NCBI GenBank assembly: GCA_963709345.1
Contig: CAVPVX010000004.1
Span: 200,914 to 264,913, forward strand
DNA: 64,000 nucleotides
Source of the DNA: an uncultured Actinomycetes bacterium
Lineage (GTDB): Bacteria > Actinomycetota > Thermoleophilia > UBA2241
Direction of reading: 5' to 3'
Part shown: piece after piece, positions 39,688 to 49,533 of the stretch
Layout: the number at the start of each line of letters is the position of its first letter
How positions within the stretch are numbered: position 1 is the stretch's first letter
Position numbers and translations under genes: made by a program
Notes under the pieces: model-generated
Told to the model about the DNA's origin: nothing
What the model saw: the letters and a program-made list of their open reading frames with translations, nothing else
Databases searched by the model: none

Positions 39688-40218
39688 ATGAAGACCGTCC
39701 ACCACGCAGTGCTGACCGCCGTCGGCGACGATCGCCCCGGGCTTGTGGACGAGGTGACCCGCTACATCACCGATCGTGGGGGCAACCTCGAAGACAGCCG
39801 CATGGTCAACCTGCGCGGGCAGTTTGCGATGATGCTGCTGATCGCGGGCAGCGACGAGACCATGGACCTGCTGAACGACGGCCTCGTCGCGCTGGGCCGC
39901 GAGAGCGGCGTCCACGCGGAGCTGCGCGCCGTCGGCGCCGGCGCCGAGCGGGAGCCGGCGCTTCCCTTCCGGCTGAACACCTGGGCGATGGACCACCCGG
40001 GGCTGATGCAGTCGGTGGCGCACCTTCTCGGGGAGATGGGCGTGAACATCGAGAGCGCCGACTCCACGCTGCGCCCCGCGCCGTACACCAACGCGCCGCT
40101 GTTCGAGATGGAACTGGTCGTCTCCGTGCCGGCCGCGACGCCGGTCGCCACGGTGCGCGAGTCGCTGGCGCGCCTGTGCGACGAGATGAACATCGACTGG
40201 CGGCTCACGGCGCTCTGA
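39688..40218 (+). CDS. tandem ACT-domain regulatory protein (GcvR/PurU-N-like)
   Basis: MKTVHHAVLTAVGDDRPGLVDEVTRYI and the second repeat MDHPGLMQSVAHLLGEMGVNI are two ACT beta-alpha-beta-beta-alpha-beta units. The upstream 39 codons of ORF 39571 are junk. Confidence 0.65.
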   Translation: MKTVHHAVLTAVGDDRPGLVDEVTRYITDRGGNLEDSRMVNLRGQFAMMLLIAGSDETMDLLNDGLVALGRESGVHAELRAVGAGAEREPALPFRLNTWAMDHPGLMQSVAHLLGEMGVNIESADSTLRPAPYTNAPLFEMELVVSVPAATPVATVRESLARLCDEMNIDWRLTAL

Positions 40219-40277
40219 GCGGCGCTTCGGCTCCGTCGCGAGCGGACGGGGCGGGCCCGGGCCGCTTGCGCCGCCTC

Positions 40278-41981
40278 CTACTGTGCGAGCAGGCGTGCCG
40301 CCTCGTCGGCGGCGAAACTTGGCCAGGGCGCCGGCCGGCCGCGCTCCAGCGCGGCGACTCCGGCGCCCGGCTGCCCGACCTCGCCGATCTCCCGCGCCTC
40401 GATGCCACCGTCTCGCAGGGCCTCCAGAAGCCGGAGAACGCCGTCCGGCGCGCAGCAGATCAGTAGGCTGCCGGAGGCGATGAGCCCCAGAGGGTCCGCC
40501 TCGAGCAGGTCGCAGACACGGCGGGTCAGCGGCGCGACCGGGATCGTGTCGCGGTGCACGACGACGCCGTGCAGGGTCGCCGCGGCGAGCTCGCGCAGCG
40601 CCGTGGCGAGCCCTCCCTCGGTGACGTCGTGCATGGCCCGTACGGCGTCGAAGCCGGCGGCGATACCGGCTTCCTTGAGGATGCTTGCCTCGGGCAGGAG
40701 CGCGCGGCAGGCGTCCAGCTCGGCGCCCGTCATGCCGAGGGTGAGGAGGCGCTGCTCCAGCTCGTCGGCCAGTAGCGCCGTTCCTTCCATCGCCAGCGCC
40801 TTCGTCAGCACGATCCGGTCGCGCGGGCGTACGGAGCGCTTGTCGCGCAGTCCGGCGCGGGGCAGCGTCCCGAGCATCGTCAGCGAGATGACGGGCCGGA
40901 CGACGGCGGTGGAGACCTCGGTGTGGCCGCCGGCCACGACGATGTGATTCCGAGCCGCCGCCGCGGCGATATCGTGGAGTGTCGCCAGCGCCTCCGAGGG
41001 AGTGGCGCCGAGCGGCAGGAGCACCGTCGCGAACATCCAGCGAGGCTTCCCTCCCGACGTCGCGATGTCGTTGGAGTTCACCAGCACGGCGGAACGCCCG
41101 AGCTCGCTGCCGCCGAGGGTGATGGGGTCGCCGTGGGCGACCATGACCTCGGCGCCCTCCAGGTCGAGCGCGGCGACGTCCTGGCCCACCCCCGGTGGCA
41201 CGAGAAGCGCGGGATCGTCGGCGGCCAGGGAGTCAAGGTAGCCGCCGAGGAGGTCGTTGGGCAGCTTGCCGGCGGCGAGCGGCAGACCGAGGCGGACGAC
41301 GTCGTGCAGTTGATCCAGCCGTGACACCACGAAGTCGCAGTCTGGTCCGTCGCCGCACGTGAGCTCGTCGACATCCGCGACCTCGCCCCGCGCGGCGGAG
41401 CCCCCGGCGTCGGCGGCGTTCGTCAGATAGACGGTGACGGCTCCCGCGGCCCGGCCGGCCTGCATGTCGAGCAGGTAGTCGCCCACGACGAGCGTCTCGC
41501 CGGGCGCGGCGCCCATCACCTGCGCGGCGTGGAGGACTCCGTCCGCCGCCGGCTTCGGCGCGAGCCCGTCATCGCGGGTCACGACGACATCGAAGTCGCT
41601 CAGCGACACGGTGGTGAATCGGCTCAGGGACTCCTCGACCGCAGGCCGGCCGTTGCGGGTGAGGATGCCCATCGGCAGGCCGAGGGCGCGCAGGCGGCCG
41701 ATGACTCTCTCAGCGCAGTCGTTCGGCGCCGCCGTGCGCGCGCCGGCCAGCTCGAAGCGCTCGAGGGCGGCGAAGGCGTCATCGCGCCGCCGCCCCGACG
41801 GCAGAGCCTGGATCCATTCGAGGACGAAGTCGCCGGGTGGGCAGCCGATCTCGTGTTTGAAGGCCGCGAAGTCGAGCGCGTCCGGCCGCGTGAGTGTCCC
41901 ATCGAAGTCGAAGAGCACGGCCCGAAGCCGGAAGGGCCGCGGGCCGCCGCGGGACGAGGGGACGGGCATGTCGTCGCCCAA
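40278..41981 (-). CDS. fusion protein: N-terminal HAD-superfamily hydrolase + C-terminal AIR-synthase-related (PurM/HypE/ThiL-like) domain
   Basis: HAD motif I (VLFDFDGTL), motif III (VVGD...D), then PurM-like N/C domains (GMTGAELDACRALLPE...; GVVVHRDTIPV...GLIASGSLLICC). Confidence 0.7.
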   Translation of the reverse strand: MGDDMPVPSSRGGPRPFRLRAVLFDFDGTLTRPDALDFAAFKHEIGCPPGDFVLEWIQALPSGRRRDDAFAALERFELAGARTAAPNDCAERVIGRLRALGLPMGILTRNGRPAVEESLSRFTTVSLSDFDVVVTRDDGLAPKPAADGVLHAAQVMGAAPGETLVVGDYLLDMQAGRAAGAVTVYLTNAADAGGSAARGEVADVDELTCGDGPDCDFVVSRLDQLHDVVRLGLPLAAGKLPNDLLGGYLDSLAADDPALLVPPGVGQDVAALDLEGAEVMVAHGDPITLGGSELGRSAVLVNSNDIATSGGKPRWMFATVLLPLGATPSEALATLHDIAAAAARNHIVVAGGHTEVSTAVVRPVISLTMLGTLPRAGLRDKRSVRPRDRIVLTKALAMEGTALLADELEQRLLTLGMTGAELDACRALLPEASILKEAGIAAGFDAVRAMHDVTEGGLATALRELAAATLHGVVVHRDTIPVAPLTRRVCDLLEADPLGLIASGSLLICCAPDGVLRLLEALRDGGIEAREIGEVGQPGAGVAALERGRPAPWPSFAADEAARLLAQ

Positions 41982-41985
41982 CCCT

Positions 41986-43440
41986 CTACTCGGCGAAGGC
42001 CTTGATGCAGACGTTGGCGTTCGGGGCGTTGTGGAGGAGACTTCTCCAGGTGGCGCCGTCGTGGCTCATGTAGCTCTCCCCCTGCCGCGCCGTCGCCCCC
42101 TTCTGCCAGGCGGCCGCGGGTCGCTCCACGGCCAGGGGGTGGGTCTCACCTGGGGAGTCCAGCTTGACCACGACCACGAACTGCTTGCCGCGGCGGGCTC
42201 GGAGCGCGGTGTCGAACTTCGTGGTGGTGTAGCCGGGGAGGGGAGTGACGCCGGTCGCGCGGAGCCTGAGGGAGCTGAACCGGCGGCCCGCCCAGACCTC
42301 GTAGCCGGTGTTGGCCGCGAGCGTGTAGAAGGCTGCGGCGACGATGGGCTCGTTCGCCTTCGCCGTGAAGCGGTTTGCGCCCCAGACCCGACTGTCGCCG
42401 TAGCCCCAGTGGTCGGTGACCCCGAGCTTGTCGTGTTGGTAGTTGCGGCCGTAGTCACGCGTGCTGTTCACGACCGTGTAGGAAACGCAGCCGCCGTAGC
42501 CGCCGAGGTTCTGCTCGCGCGCGAATGAGGCGTCGTAGAAGGAGACCCAGAAGTTGCCTTCCTCACCGAAGGATGTGCCCCAGCTGTTGCGCACGAGGAA
42601 GGCCCCGTCGCCCGGCGGTGCGCCGTGGGCGCCGGTGAAGTGGGAGGCGGAGAAGGAGTCGTCCCATCCGACGATGTTGACCCCGTGGTTCTCACCGCGC
42701 TGATCGGGCAGGTAGTAGGCCGCGTGGTCGGCCGTGGAGCCCGCGGCCCCGTAGCCGTTGTAGGCGGCCATGCTCGAGTCCCAGTACATGCCCACGCTGA
42801 GCGCTCCGTTGTCGACGACCAGTTGCTTGACGAGGTCGTTGTCGAGAGGCCCGGTACGACCGGGGATCATCGCGACCCCCTGCACGTGCCTGCGCACGCG
42901 GCTCACCCTCGGCAGCGTCGGCGACGGATACGGGTCGTTGGCTTCGGTCACGGGGCCGGCCCAGCGGGCCAGGTACGCGATGGCCATGAAGTCGTAGCCG
43001 CCCCAGTTGTAGCGCCAACTCCTCGAAGCGCCGAACCCGCTGCGCCCGACCATGTTGTCTTCGCTCAGGTCCCAGTTCCGCGTGGGGAGCAGCTTGGACT
43101 CGATGGCGGCGATGTTGGCGAAGGCCCAGCACGTGCCGTAGCTGCGCTGGTCTTTCACCTTGGTGACCCGACCCTGCTCGATGAGGCTGTAGGCTCCGGG
43201 CAGAGACGTCCTGGTCGTCCTGGCTCTGGCGATCGGGCCTACGTGCACGGCCACGGGGTTCGGCCTGCGGCCGAGCCCGGCCGTCACGAGCGGATCGTGC
43301 AGCGCCTCGACGAAGGCGGGGTTCAGCTGTCCCGCCTCAGGCGCCGGCGAGGTCTCGGCCGCGCCGGCGGTCGCCGGCAGCGCGGCGACGGCGAGGACGG
43401 CGAGTGAGGCCAGAAGCGCGACGGTGCTGCGAACTGTCAT
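41986..43440 (-). CDS. secreted papain-family (C1) cysteine peptidase with a C-terminal beta-rich domain
   Basis: Signal peptide MTVRSTVALLASLAVLAVAALPATAGA. The active-site Cys block QRSYGTCWAFANIAAIE, a His block (NHGVNIVGWD) and an Asn/Trp block (NSWGTSFGEEGNFWVSF). Confidence 0.85.
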   Translation of the reverse strand: MTVRSTVALLASLAVLAVAALPATAGAAETSPAPEAGQLNPAFVEALHDPLVTAGLGRRPNPVAVHVGPIARARTTRTSLPGAYSLIEQGRVTKVKDQRSYGTCWAFANIAAIESKLLPTRNWDLSEDNMVGRSGFGASRSWRYNWGGYDFMAIAYLARWAGPVTEANDPYPSPTLPRVSRVRRHVQGVAMIPGRTGPLDNDLVKQLVVDNGALSVGMYWDSSMAAYNGYGAAGSTADHAAYYLPDQRGENHGVNIVGWDDSFSASHFTGAHGAPPGDGAFLVRNSWGTSFGEEGNFWVSFYDASFAREQNLGGYGGCVSYTVVNSTRDYGRNYQHDKLGVTDHWGYGDSRVWGANRFTAKANEPIVAAAFYTLAANTGYEVWAGRRFSSLRLRATGVTPLPGYTTTKFDTALRARRGKQFVVVVKLDSPGETHPLAVERPAAAWQKGATARQGESYMSHDGATWRSLLHNAPNANVCIKAFAE

Positions 43441-43746
43441 GGGGAACCCTCTTCGTCGTCGGTCGAGATCCGCGGGCCGGCCGCATGGCCACTGCGTGCG
43501 CCTGCCTCCAATGGTAGCGTCCGGGGCGTGCGACCGCACCCCTCCGGGCGCGTTTGCCGGCGCAGGCTCACTGCGCCGCGGCGGTCTCGCGCCCCGAAAA
43601 GGGCCGCCCTCGCCCTCGGCTCCGGGCCCAGAGCCCAGGCGCGCTGGGTTCCCATCCCTAGACGAAGGACTCAGTCTGACGATCCCGGGAGTGTCGATAA
43701 TAGGTGTGATATCTCCACACGCGTCCCAGGGAACGGGGGCACCACC

Positions 43747-44730
43747 ATGAAGGCAATCGCGGCATCACCCGGCAGGTCGCAACGGGGCTTCTCGATGATC
43801 GAGTTGCTGATCGTCATCATCATCATCGGCATCCTCGCGGCCGTGGCCTTCCCCGTGTACGCGGCGCAGCGCGACAACGCCAAGGACGCCGCCGCAAAGG
43901 AGGGTGTCCACATCATCCAGAACGGCGTCATGACCTACGCCGTCGACCATCACGGAGCGTACCCGTCCACCGAGTACGTCACGTACACGCCGACCGACGA
44001 GTTCGCCGACAATCTCGGCAACACGTACCTGGACACCTGGCCGCGGAATCCGTGGACCGGCCAGCCCATGGCCAACACCGGCAGCAACGTGCTCTTCAAT
44101 ACCGACTTCGACAACATGAGCGGGCTGACGCCGCTGCAGGGTGCCTGGAAGATCGTCGACGGGCAGCTCGTGGCTCCGGTCAGCGGCGGGCGCCTCGCGT
44201 TCGGTGATACGGGCTGGACAGACGTGCAGATCGACGTGAACGCGACTTTGGGCAGCGGACCCGGGTACGGCGTCTACTTCCGCTCCGACGGCGCAGTGAA
44301 CATCAGCGGCTACTGCTTCCAGTATGACCCCGGCCTCGGCAACAAGTTCGTCGTCCGCAAGGTCGTGGCGGGCAAGGAGTCGGCGCCGATCGCGTCCGCG
44401 TCCATGCCGGCCGGATTCACCATCTACGGCACGCCTCACGACGTCAGCATCTCTGCGGTCGGCGACCACATCGTGGCCAAGGTCGACGGCAAGGTCGTCC
44501 TCGACTTCCGCGACAGCACCTTCACGAGCGGCAGCGCCGGGCTGCGTTCGTGGTACGGCACCACCGTGGGCTTCATCAGCGCCAAGGCGCTCGGCGGCAG
44601 CGGCGCCGCGGGCTCGGGTGACCCCAGCAAGGGCAACTTTGCCTACGCCTACGGGTCCGACAACACGAGCTACGGCCTCGTCGGCTGGCTCGCCGGCGAC
44701 AAGGCTTTCGTGGTCCAAGGGCTGCAGTAG
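43747..44730 (+). CDS. type IV pilin / pseudopilin-like protein (prepilin N-terminal cleavage-methylation motif) with a C-terminal LamG/concanavalin-like domain
   Basis: MKAIAASPGRSQRG-FSMIELLIVIIIIGILAAVAFPVY is a class-III signal G|F..E motif followed by a hydrophobic helix. The C-terminal 200 aa are beta-rich (GAWKIVDGQLV...GYGVYFRSDG...), resembling DUF1080/LamG jelly-roll domains. No pilus-assembly genes are in the window. Confidence 0.7.
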   Translation: MKAIAASPGRSQRGFSMIELLIVIIIIGILAAVAFPVYAAQRDNAKDAAAKEGVHIIQNGVMTYAVDHHGAYPSTEYVTYTPTDEFADNLGNTYLDTWPRNPWTGQPMANTGSNVLFNTDFDNMSGLTPLQGAWKIVDGQLVAPVSGGRLAFGDTGWTDVQIDVNATLGSGPGYGVYFRSDGAVNISGYCFQYDPGLGNKFVVRKVVAGKESAPIASASMPAGFTIYGTPHDVSISAVGDHIVAKVDGKVVLDFRDSTFTSGSAGLRSWYGTTVGFISAKALGGSGAAGSGDPSKGNFAYAYGSDNTSYGLVGWLAGDKAFVVQGLQ

Positions 44731-45020
44731 GTCTACCGCGCCGCCACCCGCGCGTACCTGCTCAATCTGAAGGAGCGCCGAGTGGATTCCTGCTCGCTGT
44801 TCGTCATTGGGGCGCCGCGCTGTTGACTCCGTCGCAAGGCCGTGCCTAGTCTGCGGCCATGAGCCCCTGGCACGGCATCCACGACACCTGGCGCCGGCCG
44901 CGCGGCTGGACGGGCTGCGCCGTCGGTCCCGCGATCCCTCCCGACGGCGTCTGACGCCGTCCCCGCGGCGACGCTTCTGGTGAACGCCGCCGCTTCACGC
45001 TACTCCGGAGGGTGGTCCCC

Positions 45021-46451
45021 ATGACTTCGACCTACACCGACCGACACGCGACCAGTGACGCAGGGGCGCTGCACGCGCTGCGCGACGCCATCCCGGCGCC
45101 CTTCTGGCTGGACGATCCGGGCGCGCCGCCGGCGGCGCCGGCGCTCACCGGCGCCGACAGCTGCGATCTCGCCGTCGTCGGCGCCGGCTTCACCGGCCTC
45201 TGGGCCGCCCTGCAGGCCAAGGAGCGCGACCCCGGCGCCGACGTCGTCGTCCTCGACGCCGGGGTCGTCGCCGGCCAGGCCAGCGGCCGTAACGGCGGCA
45301 TCTGCATGGCGTCGCTCACGCACGGCGTGGCCCAGGGCGCCGAGCTGTTCCCGCGCGAGGAGCGCAAGCTGATCGACCTCGGTATGGAGAACCTGGACGC
45401 GATCGAGGAGACCGTCGCCCGGCACGGCATCGAGTGCGGCTGGGAGCGCACCGGAGAGCTCGACATCGCGAGCGCGCCGTGGCAGGTCGAGGGCCTGCGC
45501 GAGGAGCGCGATCACTACGCCAGGGTAGGACTCAGTCACGAGTGGCTGGACCGGGACGCCATGCAGGCCGACATCCGTTCGCCGCTGTATCACGCCGGCC
45601 TGTGGCACCACGACGCCGCCATCCTCAATCCCGCCCGTCTGGCCTGGGGTCTCGCCCGGGTGTGCGCCGAACTGGGCGTGCGGTTCTACGAGCGCACGCC
45701 TGTCTCGGGGCTCTCGCGATCCGGCCCCGGCGTCGAAGTGCGCGCGCCGTGGGGCACGCTGCGCGCACGGCGCGCCATCCTCGCGACGAACGCGTTCCGG
45801 CCGCTCCTGCGGCGGCTGCGCCTGCACGTCGTCCCCGTCTACGACTACGCGCTCATGACCGAACCGCTGTCGCCGGAGCGGCTCGAGGCCATCGGCTGGT
45901 CGCGTCGGCAGGCGCTCGCCGACGCCGGCTACCTCTTCCACTACTACCGGCTCACGGAGGACCGGCGCATACTCTGGGGCGGCTGGGACGCCTTCTATCA
46001 CTACGGCAATCGCATCGCTCCCGGGCTCGAGGACCGTCCCGATATGTACGCCAAGCTCGCGCGGCACTTCTTCGCCACGTTCCCGCAACTCGAGGGCCTG
46101 CGCTTCACGCATCGCTGGGCGGGAGTCATCGACACGTGCTCCCGCTTCTGCCAGTTCTGGGGGACCGCGCTCGACGGCCGCGTCTCCTACGTGCTCGGGT
46201 ACACGGGCCTCGGGGTCGCCGCATCACGCTTCGGCGCGCGCGTCGCACTCGACCTCGTCGGCGACTCGCCGACCGAGCTCACGCGGCTCGACTTCGTCAG
46301 GTCGCGCCCGCTGCCGTTCCCGCCGGAGCCCTTGCGCTTCCCGCTGATCGAGGTCACGCGGCGCTCGACGGTCGGAGCGGAGGCCCGCGACGGCCGGCGC
46401 AACCTGTGGCTCCGGACGCTCGACCGCTTCGGCGTCGGCTTCGACTCCTAG
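45021..46451 (+). CDS. FAD-dependent oxidoreductase (DAO superfamily; gamma-glutamylputrescine/sarcosine-oxidase-like)
   Basis: Rossmann GxGxxG (DLAVVGAGFTGLWAA) and a C-terminal DAO-family segment. RBS GGAGGG before the ATG at 45021. Confidence 0.8.
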   Translation: MTSTYTDRHATSDAGALHALRDAIPAPFWLDDPGAPPAAPALTGADSCDLAVVGAGFTGLWAALQAKERDPGADVVVLDAGVVAGQASGRNGGICMASLTHGVAQGAELFPREERKLIDLGMENLDAIEETVARHGIECGWERTGELDIASAPWQVEGLREERDHYARVGLSHEWLDRDAMQADIRSPLYHAGLWHHDAAILNPARLAWGLARVCAELGVRFYERTPVSGLSRSGPGVEVRAPWGTLRARRAILATNAFRPLLRRLRLHVVPVYDYALMTEPLSPERLEAIGWSRRQALADAGYLFHYYRLTEDRRILWGGWDAFYHYGNRIAPGLEDRPDMYAKLARHFFATFPQLEGLRFTHRWAGVIDTCSRFCQFWGTALDGRVSYVLGYTGLGVAASRFGARVALDLVGDSPTELTRLDFVRSRPLPFPPEPLRFPLIEVTRRSTVGAEARDGRRNLWLRTLDRFGVGFDS

Positions 46452-46549
46452 CTGCATCCGTGAACGACGCCGGCCGGGGTCTTCTTCTGGTCGCATGCCG
46501 GCGCCGGAGCCGCGATAGACTCTCGCCGTCCAGCGAATCGGGGAGGAGC

Positions 46550-47980
46550 ATGGGCGTCGGCACATCGAGCTCTCTTCGGCGGGTCCTCGAGACAGTCGGC
46601 GTCGGCGCGGTCTTCTATGTCGCGGCGCTCGTGGGTCTGCGAGTCGGCCTTCCGGGAACGTCGGCGTCTCCCGTGTGGATCGCCGCCGGCGTCTCCCTGG
46701 CGGGAGCGCTGCTGTTCGGTCGGCACGTGCTCGTGGGGGTCTTCGTGGCCGCGGTCCTGGCGGAGAGCACGGTCAACTCCGTGCCCTTGGCGTTCGCGCT
46801 CGCGGCGGCCAACGTGGTCGAACCGCTCATCGCGGCGACTGCGCTGCAGCGGCTCTCAAGGGATCGCTGCGACCTGCTTCACGGCAGAGATACCGCCGTG
46901 CTGCTCGTCTTCGGAGCCGGGATAGGCACCGCGGTCAGCGCCACCATCGGCGCCGTCGCCCTGGGCGTTGCGCTGGATCTCGACGCCGCGACCGTGTCGC
47001 TCAACTGGTTCACCTGGTGGCTGGGAGACGTCGGCGGGCTCCTGCTCGTGGCTCCCCTGATCGTCTATCTGGCGCGTCAGCCGTACGCCTGGCCTGGTTG
47101 GCCCCGGGTCGTCGAGGGCGTGCTGCTCGTGTGCGGCACTGCGGCGATCGGGCTTGTGGCGTTGACGGGACTGGTGGACAGGGTCTGGGCGCTTCCGGCG
47201 CAGTCCCTCATCATGGTGCTGATCATCTGGACGGCGTTCAGTCTCGGGCCGCTGGTCTCGATGCTCTCGCTCAACATCGTGGCCGTCGTGACCGTGATCG
47301 CGGCTGTGCGGATGCGAGGCCCCTTCGTCGACTCCGGCCTGAACACGACCCTGCTCAGCCTGCAGGCGGCGATGTGCAGTCTGGCCGTCGCCGTCCTCAT
47401 CCTCGCCACGCTGGTGGAGCAGCGCAAGGAGGCGATCCAGGCCGCGGAGACCGGTCGCGCGGAGCTCGAGGTGAAGGTCCTCGAGAGGACTGCGCAATTG
47501 CAGGAGCTTGCGACCCACGACGAGCTCACGGGACTGGTGAACCGGCGGGCTTTCGGCGCCCTGCTCGCGCAGGCCGTCCGCCGGGCGCGGCGTGGGCACG
47601 TCTCCGCGCTGCTGTACGGCGACCTGGACGGCTTCAAGGCGTTCAACGACGCGCATGGACATGCCGAAGGGGACCGGGCGCTCGTGGGCGTCGCGATCAT
47701 CCTGCGCAAGGAGGCGCGTGACGCCGACGCGGTGGCGCGTCTCGGCGGCGACGAATTCGCCGTGCTTCTTGACGGCGCAAGCGCCTCGGGGGCGGCGGTC
47801 GCTCGCGATCGCATCACCGGGAGAGTCGCCGCGCTGGGCGCCGAGATGGGAAGCGGGCTTGGAGTGAGTATCGGGATCGCCCCTGTCGACGGTCGCCTCG
47901 AGGAGGACGGGCTGCTCGCTGCCGCCGACGCGGCGATGTACGCGGTCAAGGCGGCTGCGGGCCGGCCGGCCGCCCAGTAA
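46550..47980 (+). CDS. membrane-anchored diguanylate cyclase (MASE1-like sensor + GGDEF)
   Basis: About 8 TM helices followed by a coiled coil and GGDEF (HDELTGLVNRRAF...RLGGDEFAVLL). RBS GGGGAGGAG before the ATG at 46550. The upstream 370 codons of ORF 45434 are junk. Confidence 0.8.
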   Translation: MGVGTSSSLRRVLETVGVGAVFYVAALVGLRVGLPGTSASPVWIAAGVSLAGALLFGRHVLVGVFVAAVLAESTVNSVPLAFALAAANVVEPLIAATALQRLSRDRCDLLHGRDTAVLLVFGAGIGTAVSATIGAVALGVALDLDAATVSLNWFTWWLGDVGGLLLVAPLIVYLARQPYAWPGWPRVVEGVLLVCGTAAIGLVALTGLVDRVWALPAQSLIMVLIIWTAFSLGPLVSMLSLNIVAVVTVIAAVRMRGPFVDSGLNTTLLSLQAAMCSLAVAVLILATLVEQRKEAIQAAETGRAELEVKVLERTAQLQELATHDELTGLVNRRAFGALLAQAVRRARRGHVSALLYGDLDGFKAFNDAHGHAEGDRALVGVAIILRKEARDADAVARLGGDEFAVLLDGASASGAAVARDRITGRVAALGAEMGSGLGVSIGIAPVDGRLEEDGLLAAADAAMYAVKAAAGRPAAQ

Positions 47981-47996
47981 CCCACTGGCGACGCCT

Positions 47997-49388
47997 TCAG
48001 CCGTAGAGTCCGGCCACCGCCTCCTCGAACACCTCACTGTGGCGGTCGACGTCCGCCGCCGACGTGGCCGGGCACATGAGCGCCATGTTGTGGAACGGCG
48101 TCATGAAGATGCCGCGATTGATCGTGTAGAGGTGCAGGTACTCCTCGAGCGGGCCGTCGTGAGCGGCGCGCGACTCGCCGCCGGTGCGCGGGATCGACGG
48201 ACAGAAGCGATACTCCGCGCGGGCTCCAAGCTGCACGACCACCCACGGGACGCGGTGTGCGTCGATGACGCCCTGCACGCCGTTGGCGTAGCGGGTGGCC
48301 AGCGCGATCATGTGCGCGTAGCTCTCGTCCGTCAGCACCTGCTCGAGCGCGGCGCGCGCGGCCGCCGAGGCGAGCGCGTTGCCGGCGAGCGTTCCGCCCA
48401 CCCCACCCTGGTCGACGAGGTCGGCCGCGGGGTCGCCCAGGATTCGGCCGGCGAGTTCCTCTGTGACGCCGTAGGCGCCCATCGGCACGCCGCCAGCGAT
48501 GGCTTTGCCGATAGTGACGACGTCCGGACGCAGTCCGAGGGCGCGGGTGCAACCGCCGACCCCCGCGCTGATCGTGTGCGTCTCGTCGTTGATGAGGAGG
48601 GTGCCGGTCTGGTCACACAGGTCACGCACCCTGTCCAGAAACCCGGGTGCAGGCGGTACGATGCCGATGTTGGTCATGACCGGCTCCATGAGTACGCAGG
48701 CGACGTCGCGAGGTTCGAGGGCCGATCTCAGCGCGTCCACATCGTTGAACTCGACGACCTTCGTGGTCTGGGCAGGATCGACCTGCGGCCCGACGTTGCC
48801 CGGCTTGGCCTGCGCCGCGCCGCCCGCTCCGGTCACCACGATCGTCTCGTCCACGCTGCCGTGGTAGCACTCGCTGAAGACGAGGACATAGGGACGCCGC
48901 TGCACCTGCCGGCACAGGCGCAGGACCCAGCGGTTGGCGTCGGTCGCGGTCAGTGAGAACTGCCAATAGGGCAGTCCGAAGCGGCGCTGCAGTTCGGCTC
49001 CGACGAAGGCGGCGTCCTCCGTCGGCAGCATGGTCGTGATGCCCCCGAGGTCGCTGAGTCTCCTTTGGACGGCGCGCACGACGGCGTCGGGCGAGTGGCC
49101 GGTCATCGCGCCGGTGTCACCGAGGCAGAAGTCGATGTACGTGTGGCCGTCGACGTCGGTGATGCGGTTGCCGCGCGCCTCCGCGAAGTACAACGGGTGG
49201 TCGCCGATGAGCATGCTCATCCAGCTCATCGGGACGCCGGCCAGCAGCGTGCCGGCCGCTTGCCGGAAGAGGTCTCGCGAGCGCGGGTGCGCGGTGGCGT
49301 AGGCGGCGCGCTCGCGGGTGATAAGCGAGCGCAGCCGCTCACGATCGATGACGCGTGTCTCACGGGCTTCCGCGGGGATGACTGCCAT
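47997..49388 (-). CDS. class III aminotransferase (GSA-aminomutase-like)
   Basis: PLP-fold motifs (LINDETHT; VVTIGKAIAGGVPMGAYG) typical of AT-III/HemL-like enzymes. Confidence 0.85.
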   Translation of the reverse strand: MAVIPAEARETRVIDRERLRSLITRERAAYATAHPRSRDLFRQAAGTLLAGVPMSWMSMLIGDHPLYFAEARGNRITDVDGHTYIDFCLGDTGAMTGHSPDAVVRAVQRRLSDLGGITTMLPTEDAAFVGAELQRRFGLPYWQFSLTATDANRWVLRLCRQVQRRPYVLVFSECYHGSVDETIVVTGAGGAAQAKPGNVGPQVDPAQTTKVVEFNDVDALRSALEPRDVACVLMEPVMTNIGIVPPAPGFLDRVRDLCDQTGTLLINDETHTISAGVGGCTRALGLRPDVVTIGKAIAGGVPMGAYGVTEELAGRILGDPAADLVDQGGVGGTLAGNALASAAARAALEQVLTDESYAHMIALATRYANGVQGVIDAHRVPWVVVQLGARAEYRFCPSIPRTGGESRAAHDGPLEEYLHLYTINRGIFMTPFHNMALMCPATSAADVDRHSEVFEEAVAGLYG

Positions 49389-49533
49389 GGGGTCCCTCCT
49401 GGGGTGGTCCGGCCGACTCGGCCGGCGAGAGGACGACGCGGGTCGAGGGTATCATTGACTGAACAGTCATGCAATCATGTAGACTGGGGGTGTCCTCGCG
49501 GCGGCATCCCGTCTCCCGCTCGCTTCTCGTGAG

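Noticed and set aside
41918-41950. Third partial match to the repeated GC hairpin core (GAAGCCGGAAGGGCCGCGGGCC)
   Set aside because: It lies inside the coding start of the HAD-PurM gene. It is a weak inverted repeat and is consistent with codon-driven GC sequence, so it was not counted as a repeat copy.
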